Positions 1 through 11,772 of a DNA stretch of 64,000 bases are shown piece after piece. The stretch lies in NCBI GenBank assembly GCA_964035545.1, contig OZ037767.1:17295781-17359780 (forward strand), read 5' to 3'. The notes under the pieces are model-generated. The model was not told the origin of the DNA. It ran no database searches and saw only the letters and a program-made list of their open reading frames with translations. This DNA comes from Bugula neritina (taxonomy: Eukaryota > Animalia > Bryozoa). Within the stretch, counting starts at the first letter, position 1. Every line of letters starts with the position of its first letter. Both the position numbers and the translations under genes were made by a program.

Positions 1-195
1 CAATATATAATTATGTTACAATAAGCCATTGGTGAGCATAGATGTACAGCTATGAAAAACTCACTAGGTAGAGGGAAATATCACAGTAAAAAAAACTAGA
101 CATTCATCAGCTAGAAGGATTTTTTATTGTCTAGATTGTCTGCCATAAAACTGTCTGTAAAACACATTAATGTAATTCTGGAAAGTTGAACTCAC

Positions 196-901
196 CTTGA
201 ACTCTGTGTTCTGCTTCATCCTGACACTGCTTAAGGTAAGACACGGTGTTTGTATTTCCTCCTCTTTTTGCAACACTTAAAGGAGTCTCATTCCCTGTGT
301 TGTGAGTTTTGAGTAGCTCTAGTTGCTGTTTGGCACTAAGTTTATCCATCATTAGTTTGATTGTGTCTGTGTGACCTTTCTATGCTGCAATGTATATAGC
401 TGTATCACCATCACCATTTTGTGTCTTGAGTAGCTCCACCTTCTGATCTACTGATACACCATCTATAAGTAGGTATTTGATAGTCTCTGTATAACCTAAG
501 TACGCTGCATCTTGTATAGCTGTATTACCACAAATACTCTGTATATTGAGTAGCTTTACTTTCTGAGCTACTGATACACCACCTAGCAGATATTTGATAG
601 TGCATGTATGTCCTCCCCATGCTGCTCTGTGTATAGCTGTAATTTTATAACTACCCTGTATCTTGAGTAGCTCCACCTTCTGATCTCCTGATACACCATC
701 TAGTAGATATTTGGTAGTGTCTGTGTAACAATTCTCAGCTACACTTTGTATTGTGTTATTCTCTCTCAACAGTTTACATCTCTCTTCTATTGACACGTGT
801 GGAAGACAGGATTTTAAACTTTTGACAATGTTGACCTCTTTAGATCGACCTCTTTCTATTTTCAATAATGTCTCTTGCAGCTTCTGTGTATGTTTCAACA
901 T
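196..901 (-). pseudogene. Copy A of the ankyrin-repeat/CCDC106-like gene: ankyrin exon only (other exons lie left of the window), with an in-frame premature stop
   Basis: ATG at 901 (MLKHTQKLQETL). N-cap, 3 TAI-type 39-aa repeats and C-cap. TAG at 382-380 in repeat 3 (TAIYIAA*KGHTD); the frame continues into ORF 167..352. Donor CAAG|GTGAGT at 196/195, as in the other copies. Confidence 0.8.
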
Positions 902-1302
902 TTTAATTTCTAAAGTTATTATTTTAAAAACATTCAGCAACATAATACAAAAGGGTACGTTTTGTGTCACTTTGATTTTGCCAATTTTTATTATTCATAA
1001 TATACAATTTTATGTCACAAGCCTTTTGCTACATAAACATTATACAGTATATATAAACATACTATATACTATACACTAAAATATCCTATAATTATATCAT
1101 GCACTATATACACTAAAATATACTATAAATATATCATACCATACACTAAGATACTATACTATAGAGGTAGGTGAAGTATTAATGGAAAAATTTGTAAGAG
1201 CCTGTGTTCTAGTCCACAAATGTAGCAAAAGAAGTTATGTTCTCGCAAGAATTTCAACCCGCGCCATAATTTCTGCTTTGACTGCTCTTAAGTGTAATTA
1301 TA

Positions 1303-1555
1303 TCATACTATACACTAAAGTATACTATACTATGCTATACACTGATTATACTGATCATACTATACACTAAAGTATACTATACTATGCTATATACACTGAT
1401 TATACTGATCATACTATACACTAAAGTATACTATACTATGCTATACACTGATTATACTGATCATACTATACACTAAAGTATACTATACTATGCTATACAC
1501 TGATTATACTGATCATACTATACACTAAAGTATACTATACTATGCTATACACTGA
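1303..1555. repeat. 52-bp minisatellite, ~5 copies (upstream of copy A)
   Basis: Unit actatacactaaagtatactatactatgctatacactgattatactgatcat. Confidence 0.9.
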
Positions 1556-2161
1556 AGATATTATAAAACAGAAAACGTTATAATACTATGATGGCCTATG
1601 TGTTACTCATTAAACAGATTGTATTGTAGTCAAACTGTATTACGGCATTCCTTCATGCTGCTCACAAATGCCGCACGGTTAGATGCCAGCCGCGATGGCA
1701 TGAACAAATCAACATCAAGCTCTCCTTTATAAGCTGGACATTATGATTGCCCAGACACACTTGGTTACTGGGACTACTACTGAGCTTACTAATTTATAAT
1801 TTTTAATATTATTGTTTAAGCTTTTATCTTGGTGTAATTGTAATTGTCAAGTGTTGTAAATATAATTTTTCTTTCAAGGACTGCAATCCCAGTTCTTTCT
1901 CTCAAATACACAAAGAGTATACTTTAGCTAACCTACTAAACTGGTTCTTAGACAATCACTTTGATGTGTGAATCTAATTCAGTTCACATAATTTGAATCA
2001 CTGATCAACATATTAGAGTTTCTTATTTAGAAAATTTTTCAGTTAATATGATAAACTTCACTAATTATAATGAAGATACATCTCTGTAACCATATATTAT
2101 ATTGACTATGTATATTGCAAAGTGATGTCTACAATACATCCTACGGTATCCTTTGTATAAC

Positions 2162-2677
<516 letters not shown>

Positions 2678-2702
2678 CACTAATATTACTAGATTCACTA
2701 TA

Positions 2703-4108
2703 GGGGTAACAGGGGCACAACGGGCCGAATTTCACATTTTTCGCTCTCATTCGTCTGTTTTTCAAGTCACTAGTTCAATAATCTCTAGTCTTAATGCTGC
2801 ATCTGTTGTCTATTACAGGTATCAGGTGTCAGCTTTCTATTTCTCTCACAACTTTCAGAATAATGAAGTTTTCATGATAGAAAACTCAGCCCATTGTGCC
2901 CCGGTACCCGGGCACAACGGGCCACCGGGTGGGACACAACAAATATATTGAAACTTTGCCGATTTTGTTGCATCCGCATGATCTTTACTTATTTAATATT
3001 ATACAAGTAAACAAAGATATTCTTTCAGATCTACAGCAAAATTCATATTTTAGCTGTACAGTTTGTGCCACCACGGATAGCAGACAAAGGTAAAATCAAA
3101 TGCACATCAATCGGTTCTACGGTACCATTATCATTACTGTTCAGAACTAAAAATGTTTTTTTATTTTGACTTTAAAGGAACTTTTATCATAAAAAAACTT
3201 TAGTAACATGTATTACAAATTTCCGTGTGGACTTTTTTCTATGAACTGTAGCTAAGGTGCATGGCTCCGGTTTGTGGCTGGAGTATGGAAGGGAGAGGGG
3301 GGAGGAAATGAGCAAACCACAATTTACTTTAGTCAAATACATGAATATTCCCTCAATGATATAATATATAATGAATATCATGACTATCTACTAGTAGCAA
3401 CAACAGAGTGTTTTGCGTTATATGCATAAATCGCCAAAGCTTACACCTCACCACTCACCAGATGTAAATATATTAGGGGGGCTTCACCTTGTAGTTTTGT
3501 ATAGTCTTACCATGATGTCTTTGATATTTTACCGAAAGGTCAGAAATGGCTATATCTATAGATTTTATTAACTTTTCAACCAACTTTTTGGGCAAACAAA
3601 CTAATAACAGTGATCAGGGGGCAATAATCAGGTGGCCCATTGTGCCCCGGTAAGCATGGCCCATTGTGCCCAGGTTAGCATGGCCCATTGTGCCCCGGTT
3701 AGCGTGGCCCATTGCGCCCAGGTTAGCGTGGCCCATTGTGCCCAGGTTAGTGTGGCCCATTATGCCCCGTGTGGCCAAATTGAAAACAAATGCGGCTTGA
3801 GAAAAATTTATATTAGAGTTTGCTGTTATACTAGTTAAGCAATGTAGAGACAAGCAATAGCAACAATATCAGGGAAATCTAGGCTTGTTGCATTTGAGTG
3901 TAAAAAGTTATAAAGCTTTAAAACAACATCCTAAACAATTTACAAAAAGTAGGTGAAAACAGTTATTTACTCGCCTTCTCAACAATTATGTTCCGCAAGT
4001 GTTGAAACTACAATGGCTGAATAATTATGTCAATACCTTTTTATGAAAATAAAATCACAACTCTAAGTGAATAAGTTCTCTCTCAATTTGGCCCGGTTTT
4101 TATACCCC
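2703..4108. mobile_element. Non-autonomous TIR DNA transposon (MITE-like, probable TA target duplication, Tc1/mariner-pogo type by inference)
   Basis: Ends TA|GGGGTAACAGGGGCACAACGGGCC and GGCCCGGTTTTTATACCCC|TA (imperfect TIR). The terminal motif recurs internally as a hairpin (2889-2922) and as six 24-bp tandem units (3633-3770). No transposase ORF. Confidence 0.6.
3633..3770. repeat. 24-bp tandem repeat tggcccattgtgccc(c/a)ggt(a/t)agc(a/g), ~6 copies, inside the TIR element
   Basis: Directly visible; the core is the reverse complement of the left-terminal motif ggggcacaacgggcc. Confidence 0.85.
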
Positions 4109-5849
4109 TATGACTGTTGTGCCTTCATTTTCCACCACAGTTTTTGTAATATATATAACTATATAGTAAGTATAGTATGTATTATATAATTATATAACTA
4201 TAGCAAGTACATGTATTATATGTCCGTAATATAACTACATGTAAAGTAAGTGCATATGTATTATATAACTATTATAGAAAGTATATGTAACAAACAAAGA
4301 TTACACAAGAGTGACTATTAGCAAATTCTTAGACAAACATTGTATGAAGTATAATATATTGGTTATTATATGTTCCACTCTTCTATTACACAGCAATTAT
4401 AAAGTAGTACAATAATTCACATATAAACAGCATTATATACTCACATATCTATGTTAGCTTAATTATCCCTTGTACACTGTATGATGCATTATACCATGTA
4501 TCTATAGCTGCAGTACTATGCTAACTGTGACACCTATGTATACACAGCTATTTTGTTTTCTCATAAACCAATCGGAAAGTTATTACCTCATACACTAAAA
4601 ATTCCAGTTTACTGGAAGGCTCCATGGCTATTATACTTGTGCTACGTGATCTGTTAAAGAATTCTGATCAATAATATTATCATAATAGTTATTGATTAGC
4701 ACATATAGTATACATGGGTTGGGTTGCTAGGAGACATGCAAAATAGGTATTATGTATTGTGTGTAAATCATGAGCTAGTATATACAGTCTATGTAAACTT
4801 AGAACAATATGACTAATAAATCCTTATTGTTGGCTTTGAGTACTAAACAAGAAAAATTAGGCTGTGGATTGATGTGAGTTTCATGTTCCTACAATACTAT
4901 TACAGAAATACATATACTGATGTATGTTATACCAGCCCTCTGTATAGTTGTATGATAACTATTCAATAGAGCTGCTGTTCACTATGTCAATATACAAGTT
5001 AATTATATTAGATTGTTATTGTAGACAAAAGAGATGGAGAAGATATCTTATATTTTCTCATGACATTGAATTGTATGACTCACTCAGTGTCTGCAAGGTA
5101 AAAATGACACAGGTAATAATGGTGTAGGTAATTATGGTACAGGTCATAATAGAAAAAAATTCCGAAGTAGACAACAATGGCATATTTTAAATATTATATT
5201 TTGGGGTGTGAGTTTAGGCGTGTGAAATGGAGGACTTAGATTTGGGAATGTTTGTTTAAGTTTGGGGTTGGGGTTTACAAGTTGGAAGTTTGGGGTTTGG
5301 GTTTGGGCTTTGTGAACCTTTAACATCACTGCGCCATTTTTGCCTACTTTTTCATTTTAGTCATTACTATACCTTCGCAATTTCAGTGTTCACTTAACGT
5401 TGACTCACTGATGTAAGAGTACACTTCAACAATATAAAATCGTAATAAAAATACCACCAAGTATGTATACACAGGCTTACAAGAGTATATAATTATGGTT
5501 AAACTTTGCCAAACTGGGAACTTCTAACTTTCAGAGTAGCAGATTTACACATGATGTAGTTGCTGACAGGGAAAGGCAGGTGGTTGACAGGAGTTTAAGT
5601 TATCTCTCCTGTATATATTATATAATATATGTTTCTACTTCATGCAACTTTACAGACGACTAACAGTAAAAGTTATGTGAACCTCAGAGGTTAAATATGT
5701 CCGATAATTGTTTAAACTTTGCTGTGTAAAGTTTTTGTGAGATACTTAGTTGAGTAACATATTAGTTTATTGGTGAAATATTTCAAGCATTGTGAAAAAC
5801 TTACACAAATATTAATGAAGCAAAGTGAATGCAGTAACATAAAGATTTA

Positions 5850-6395
5850 TGATAAATGCGTGATAGAAACGTATATGATAAAGGGGTAACATAAACATAT
5901 ATGATAGATGAGTAATCTGAACATATATGATAAATTTAGTAAAATAAACATATATGATAATTGCAGTAATATAAACTTTTATGACAAATAAGTAATATAA
6001 ACATATATAATAAATAGGTAATATAAACATATATAATGAATGAGTAATATAAATATACATGGTATATCAGTAATATAAACATATATGATAAATGAATAAT
6101 ATAAACATATATGATAAATGAGTAATATAAACATATGTGATAAGGGAGTAATATAAACATATATGATAAATGAATGATATAAACATATATGATAAACGAA
6201 TAATATAAACATATATGATAAAGGAGTAATATAAACATATATGATAAATGAGTAATATAAACATATATAACGGATGAGTAATATAAACATATATGATAAA
6301 TCAATAATATGAACATGTATGATAAAGGAGTAATATAAACATATGTGATAAGGGAGTAATATAAACATATTTGATAAAGGAGTAATATAAACACA
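5850..6395. repeat. 26-bp AT-rich minisatellite downstream of copy B
   Basis: Unit ~aaatgagtaatataaacatatatgat; source of the YYSFIIYVYI-type spurious ORFs. Confidence 0.85.
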
Positions 6396-6727
6396 CTGGA
6401 ATTAAACTTTGCTTCAAGTTTTGTGTAGTCAAAAATAGTAGGAAGAGTAGATAGTAAGAAACATCTGAAAGAATGTCCCAGCTGTCAATAACATGTGATC
6501 ATACAGTAAAACATGCTGAAATAAATTGAATCATGTAAATACTTCATTTCATAACTGGAATACAGATATTATGATGCAGCAATTTTATCAATGTAAATTC
6601 TGCAACATTCACTTCTGGATTCCTAAATGTCATAGGAAAACTGTTTGTTATAAATTAGATATTTTGATAAGTTCTGAACAAATGAAGATAGTCTGCGTAT
6701 ACGTCAATATAGTTCACAATTCTCCCA

Positions 6728-9700
6728 TCACTTCTTCATTCCAAATATAGTAAGTCTTCCAGCTTTGGCTGCTTCTTTAACTTTAGACCAATCAGTGAGC
6801 TCTTCACACTGAGATCCAAGTTCAGACAACCCTCCTTTCTTTGAACTGTCCATCCAGTTTCCAACAACCTGTATAAAGTGTCAACAAGGTGTCAATATAA
6901 CACCATAGTGTCTACATCATACAAGAGAAAGAAAATACAACAATTACAGTGCGAAAAAACGTTTACTAGAATAAAGATACTCAGATATAAACTCACGCAC
7001 ATAATCTACATGATAAACTAATGGCCATGTATAACAAAGGGAACAGGACTCTTAACACAATATATAAAATGGAGTACAAGACGCAACCTCATCTAACTTG
7101 TCTTTATCCAGTACACTCAGATAGTAGATGTATCTGAATCTATCAATAGTTTTACGGCATTTCCCTGTTGGTTTAAGAGCATCATGTATAGATTTGGCTC
7201 TCTTACTAGTAAGTTGTTTATGTACATATTCCATCAACTGTATAGCCTGTTCTGGTGTTTGTACTGCAAGGAACACAGGGTAAAATGCAAATACTTAGAA
7301 TACAATATACGATATCTTTGTACACAATAATATGCTGGTGGCAATTGGTATTTGTGTAGCTGCATAGAAAGTCATGTCTCAATATATAAAAAGAAATTGA
7401 GGCAACACAATTACTGTTGATGACGGAATGTGTGAGTAAACTGTAATACACTATTGAGAGGTGTCTCACCGTATTGGAAACTAGTTGCTACATTAGAAGT
7501 GGAGGGTGTATTGTTAAGAGCCGGAGTATCACAGATTCTCTCTGAAAACATAGCAGAATAAAAGTTTTACATTGGAATCACACAACTTTGTATGATTTTG
7601 CTCCAGCTGTTCTAGTTTGTCACAACAGCATGTCATGTGCTGACTAGAATATGAACTACATAGAAATATGCTCCTGTAATAACAATTATATATTATATCC
7701 TAACTAACTATAGGAGTACTGACATAGCAGTGTATAAATCTCATCACTAAGTCCCTCAATATATTTACATGTATGTACATATGTGATACCAGAAGTAGTG
7801 TAATTACTAACTCATTACTTTAACCAACCTGTTACTAGAGTTCTTTGATCTCCAACAACTACAGAGAATGGAATATCCACTTCACCAAGCATGATTGAAT
7901 CAGTGTACTCATAACGTGCTAGAATAATAATCACAATGAGTTTATAACTGAGAGAGAAATGATGTGTAATATAATAGCATATGATTAATAGCATATATCA
8001 GATAGTTGAATATATGTATATTCGGGTTTAGTAAGACTTTACCATCATTTAAAACAAGACATGTGACTCCAGGTCCACATTCCTTTCCAATCAGAAGGAG
8101 AAAACTCTCAATAGTCATGTCATCTCTGAATGGGAATATCTTATTCCGAGATTTGATTTTCAATGGGAGTTTATTGTATCTAACAGCACCTGTATCAGTC
8201 ATATGAAACAGAATTATAACTAAGTTCAATAGAATAATGAAATAAAAATTAATTGAAAAGTGATCAATCAAATGATGTCACTCACATTGCGTGGTGACAT
8301 CAGGTATAGTCTGCTCAGGTGTGACATCCATACCATGAAGTAGTCCCACAGTCTCGGGTACTTCTTGTGATGGAGGCTCTGTACTAACTAGTGTTTGAGT
8401 ATCTTGTACATGTGGTGGTTCAGAATACTCAGTGGTCATAGGAAAGTCAGCATTGCCAGCATCTGTATCACAATAATATACTTCAATGACAATAAAACAT
8501 TAACTGTTTTAGGATTATCTCCATATGTTTTGTTTTATATTTGAAACTGGAAGTTGTATGAAACCCATCGCATGTTTATGACAATGCAATAGCTATTCCA
8601 TTTGCTGCTCTTTGACCCCAAAGACAATATTCTAAGTATTCATTCTAAAAGATAAAATATAACATACCCATGCTTCTAGAAACTTTGGATGTTGAGGGGA
8701 ATACATCATTATAGAGTGGTCTTTTACTTCCAGATGGTGTTTCTGACTTGTTACTCAGTGTAGTAACTCGAACAGATGAAGTGCTCTCTTGTGATGGAGG
8801 TACTGAACTGCTGCTCTCACTGGCTGTGGTATGGGGTGTCAAGGTCACTGGTACATATGTCAGAGAAGATACATTCTCACTAAAAGATGAGTCAGTGAGA
8901 CCAAGCTGTGACACTGGATGATGAAACTGAGAGTTGAAGTTCTGCCAGTTGTTGAGTGTCGGATTAGCCTCTGGTAGAGCTGCTGGTTGCAAATCTGTGT
9001 ACCCCTTTGGTGTTGGTGTGGGCTGTGAGATGTTGGCATTGTGATACAGTGAGTGTGAAAGGAATGAGAAAGGTTTATTGCTAAGATGTGGTGGATTGAA
9101 AGGTGAATATTCCAGGGAATGTCGGAAGGGTGAAGCATTCTCTAGAGTAAATCGAGAGGGTAGACTGGTGTGGCTGGCTGGTGTTGGTGTCAACTGTGGA
9201 GTAGAAGGTGTGAGTTGGACTGGTTGAGTGGTGGAGTAGTTTGACAAATTCAGCTGTGGTGGGACATGCAGGTTACTTTGTATTGGTATAGTCAAGTCGA
9301 GGAGAGATGGTTGAAGATCTAAAGGAAGTGAATTGTGCTGGTCAGTTACTGGTTGAGGTGTGAACCATCTGGAAGGTTCTAAAGAACCAAATGCAGCAGG
9401 CAGCGGTTGATTGTAGATGAGGTTGCTGTTTTCCAATAAGCTATTAGCTTCTTGAATCTCTAAAATATAAAATATATTGCATTTCCTGAGGTTATTTCAA
9501 AGGCTGTGAGTAACTACAAGCATTTTCTTTCTCCAAGACCATAATACCAAAAAATAATATTAACAAACCAAATTTAAAATCTCTCAGCTAGCTCATACTC
9601 TATTAGCTGTATAGAACAAGTCATGCATGAGCACTGAGATAAAATTATATTCTTATTATCTGTCATTTATGATTAGCAATTAGTAATTATTTTTTTATTC

Positions 9701-11371
9701 ATGATTCGCTTAAAAGTTCATAATTATAATTGGGGAAAAAGTGAATATTTGTTACAATTAGTTTGCATTCTTTGAAACTGCATGGTCATTATTAGCTATT
9801 ATTAATGAGTTAGACTGGTAAAACTGGTGAGAGAAGACAACTACTGACAATATATCTAATGAATAATTATTTATATGCTGTATATATATAACAAATGACA
9901 CTGTCAACAAGCCATTGGTAAGCATAGATGTACAGCTATGAAAAACTCACTAGGTAGAGGGAAATATCACTGTAAAAAAACTAGACATTCATCAGCTAGA
10001 AGGAATTTGTATTGACTAGATTTTCTGCCATAAAACTGTCTGTAAAACGAATTAATGTAAATCTGAAAAGTTGAACTCACCTTGAAATCTGAGTTCTGCT
10101 TCATCCTGACACTGTTTAAGGTAAGACACAGTGTTTGTTTCTCCTCTTCTTTCTGCAACACTTAAAGGATTCTCATTCTTTGTGTTGTGAGTTTGGAGTA
10201 GCTCTAGTTGCTGTTTAGCATTAAGTTTATCCATCATTAGTTTGATCATATCTGTCTGTCCTTTACATGCTGCACTGTGTATAGCTGTATCAGCATATTT
10301 ATCCTGTATCTTGAGTAGCTCCACCTTCTGAGCTACTGATACACCATGTAGTAGGTACTTGATAGTGTCTGTAGGACCTCTCTCAGCTGCTCTGTGTATA
10401 GCTGTACTACCAAAACTGCCCTGTATCTTGAGTATCTCCACCTTCTGATCTACTGATACACCATCTAGTAGATATTTGATGGTGTCTGTATGACCTTCCC
10501 ATGCTGCACCATGTATAGCTGTATCACCACCACTACGACTCTGTATCTTGAGTAGCTCCACCTTCTGATCTACTGATACACCATTTAGTAGATATTTGAT
10601 GGTGTCTGTATGTCCCTTACATGCTGCATCATGTATAGCTGTATCAGCATATTTACCCTGTATCTTGAGTAGCTCCACCTTCTGATCTACTGATACACCA
10701 TCTAGTAGATATTTGATAGTCTCTGTATGACCTCTACATGCTGCTCTGTGTATAGCTGTATGACCATGACTACCCTGTATTTTGAGTAGCTCTACCTTCT
10801 GATCTACTGTTACACCATCTAGTAGGTATTCTATAATGTCTGTAAGACCTCCCCATGCTGCTCTGTGTATAGCTGTATAACCATCACTATCCTGTATCTT
10901 GAGTAGCTCAACCTTCTGATTTACTGATACACCATCTAGTAGATATTTGATAGTGTCTGTGTGTCCCATCAATGCTGCTCTGTGTATAGCTGTATAACCA
11001 TCACTATCCTGTATCTTGAGTAGCTCTACTTTTCGATCTACTGATACACCATCTAGTAGATATTTGATAGTCTCTGTTTCACCTATCCATGCTGCAAGAG
11101 GTATAGCTGTATAACCAACACTATTCTGTATCTTGAGTAGCTCCACCTTCTGAGCTACTGATACACCATCTACTAGGTATTTGATGATGTTTGTTTGACT
11201 TCTCTCAGCTACACTCTGTATTGTGTTATTCTCTCTCAACAGTTTACATCTCCCTTCTATTGACACATGTGGAAGACAGGATTTTAAACTTTTGATAATG
11301 TTGACCTCTTTAGATCGACCTCTTTTTATTTTAGATAATGTCTCTTGCAGCTTCTGTGTATGTTTCAACAT
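6728..11371 (-). CDS. Copy B: 8-exon gene, ~961 aa: ankyrin repeats (8 internal + 2 caps), P/S/T-rich linker, putative beta-grasp domain, CCDC106-like C-terminus
   Basis: Manual splice model, minus strand: 11371-10081, 9459-8668, 8462-8286, 8189-8043, 7918-7829, 7541-7470, 7263-7088, 6868-6728 (2886 nt). All introns GT..AG, phases 1,1,1,1,1,1,0, no internal stops, ends GRLTIFGMKK*. First junction reads ..RFQ E IQEANSLLENSN.. Confidence 0.85.
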
Positions 11372-11772
11372 TTTAATTTCTAAAATTATTATTTTAAATA
11401 CATTCAGCAACATGATACACAAAGGGTACGTGTTGTGTCACTTTGATTTTGCCACTTTTATTATTTATAATATACAATTTTATGTCACAAGCCTTTTGCT
11501 ATATATATACACATTACAGTATATGAACATACTATATACTATACACTAAAATATACTATAATCATATCATGTACTATATACACTAAAATATACTACAAAT
11601 ATATCATACCATACACTAAAATACTATACTATAGAGGCAGGTGAAGTATTAATGGAGAAATTTCTAAAAGCCTGTGTTCTAGTCCACAAATGTAGCAAAA
11701 GAAGTTATGTTCTCGCAAGAATTTCAACCCGCGCCCGAAATTCTGCTTTTACTGGTCCTAAGTGTAATAATA

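Noticed and set aside
753-1079. Antisense ORFs over the ankyrin exons and the Gypsy pol regions
   Set aside because: Shadow frames of real coding sequence with variable ends and no independent features.
1182-1370. Plus-strand ORF MEKFVRACVLVHKCSKRSY.. recurring in all four units
   Set aside because: The start codon is not conserved in C and D, the ORF runs into the minisatellite and has no domain. Recurrence is explained by the segmental duplication; it may be non-coding 5' sequence.
5812-6394. Hydrophobic Y/I-rich ORFs (also 20262-20960)
   Set aside because: Translations of the 26-bp minisatellite, open in several frames.
7542-7673. Alternative acceptor ttattacag|GAGC upstream of exon 6
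   Set aside because: It leads to an in-frame TGA after ~13 codons and the region has an indel between copies. The acceptor at 7542/7541 keeps the frame in all copies.
8645-9436. P/S/T-rich ORFs (also 23152-23976, 40438-41262) as separate mucin-like genes
   Set aside because: They begin at TTG just inside a splice acceptor and end past a GTATGT donor; they are exon 2 of the ankyrin gene.
10052-11422. Ankyrin ORFs as stand-alone intronless (bacterial or endosymbiont) genes with the longer N-terminus in the ORF track
   Set aside because: A conserved donor near the ORF end splices in phase to downstream exons, and a conserved acceptor lies 8 nt before the ATG, so the extra N-terminal residues are probably intronic.
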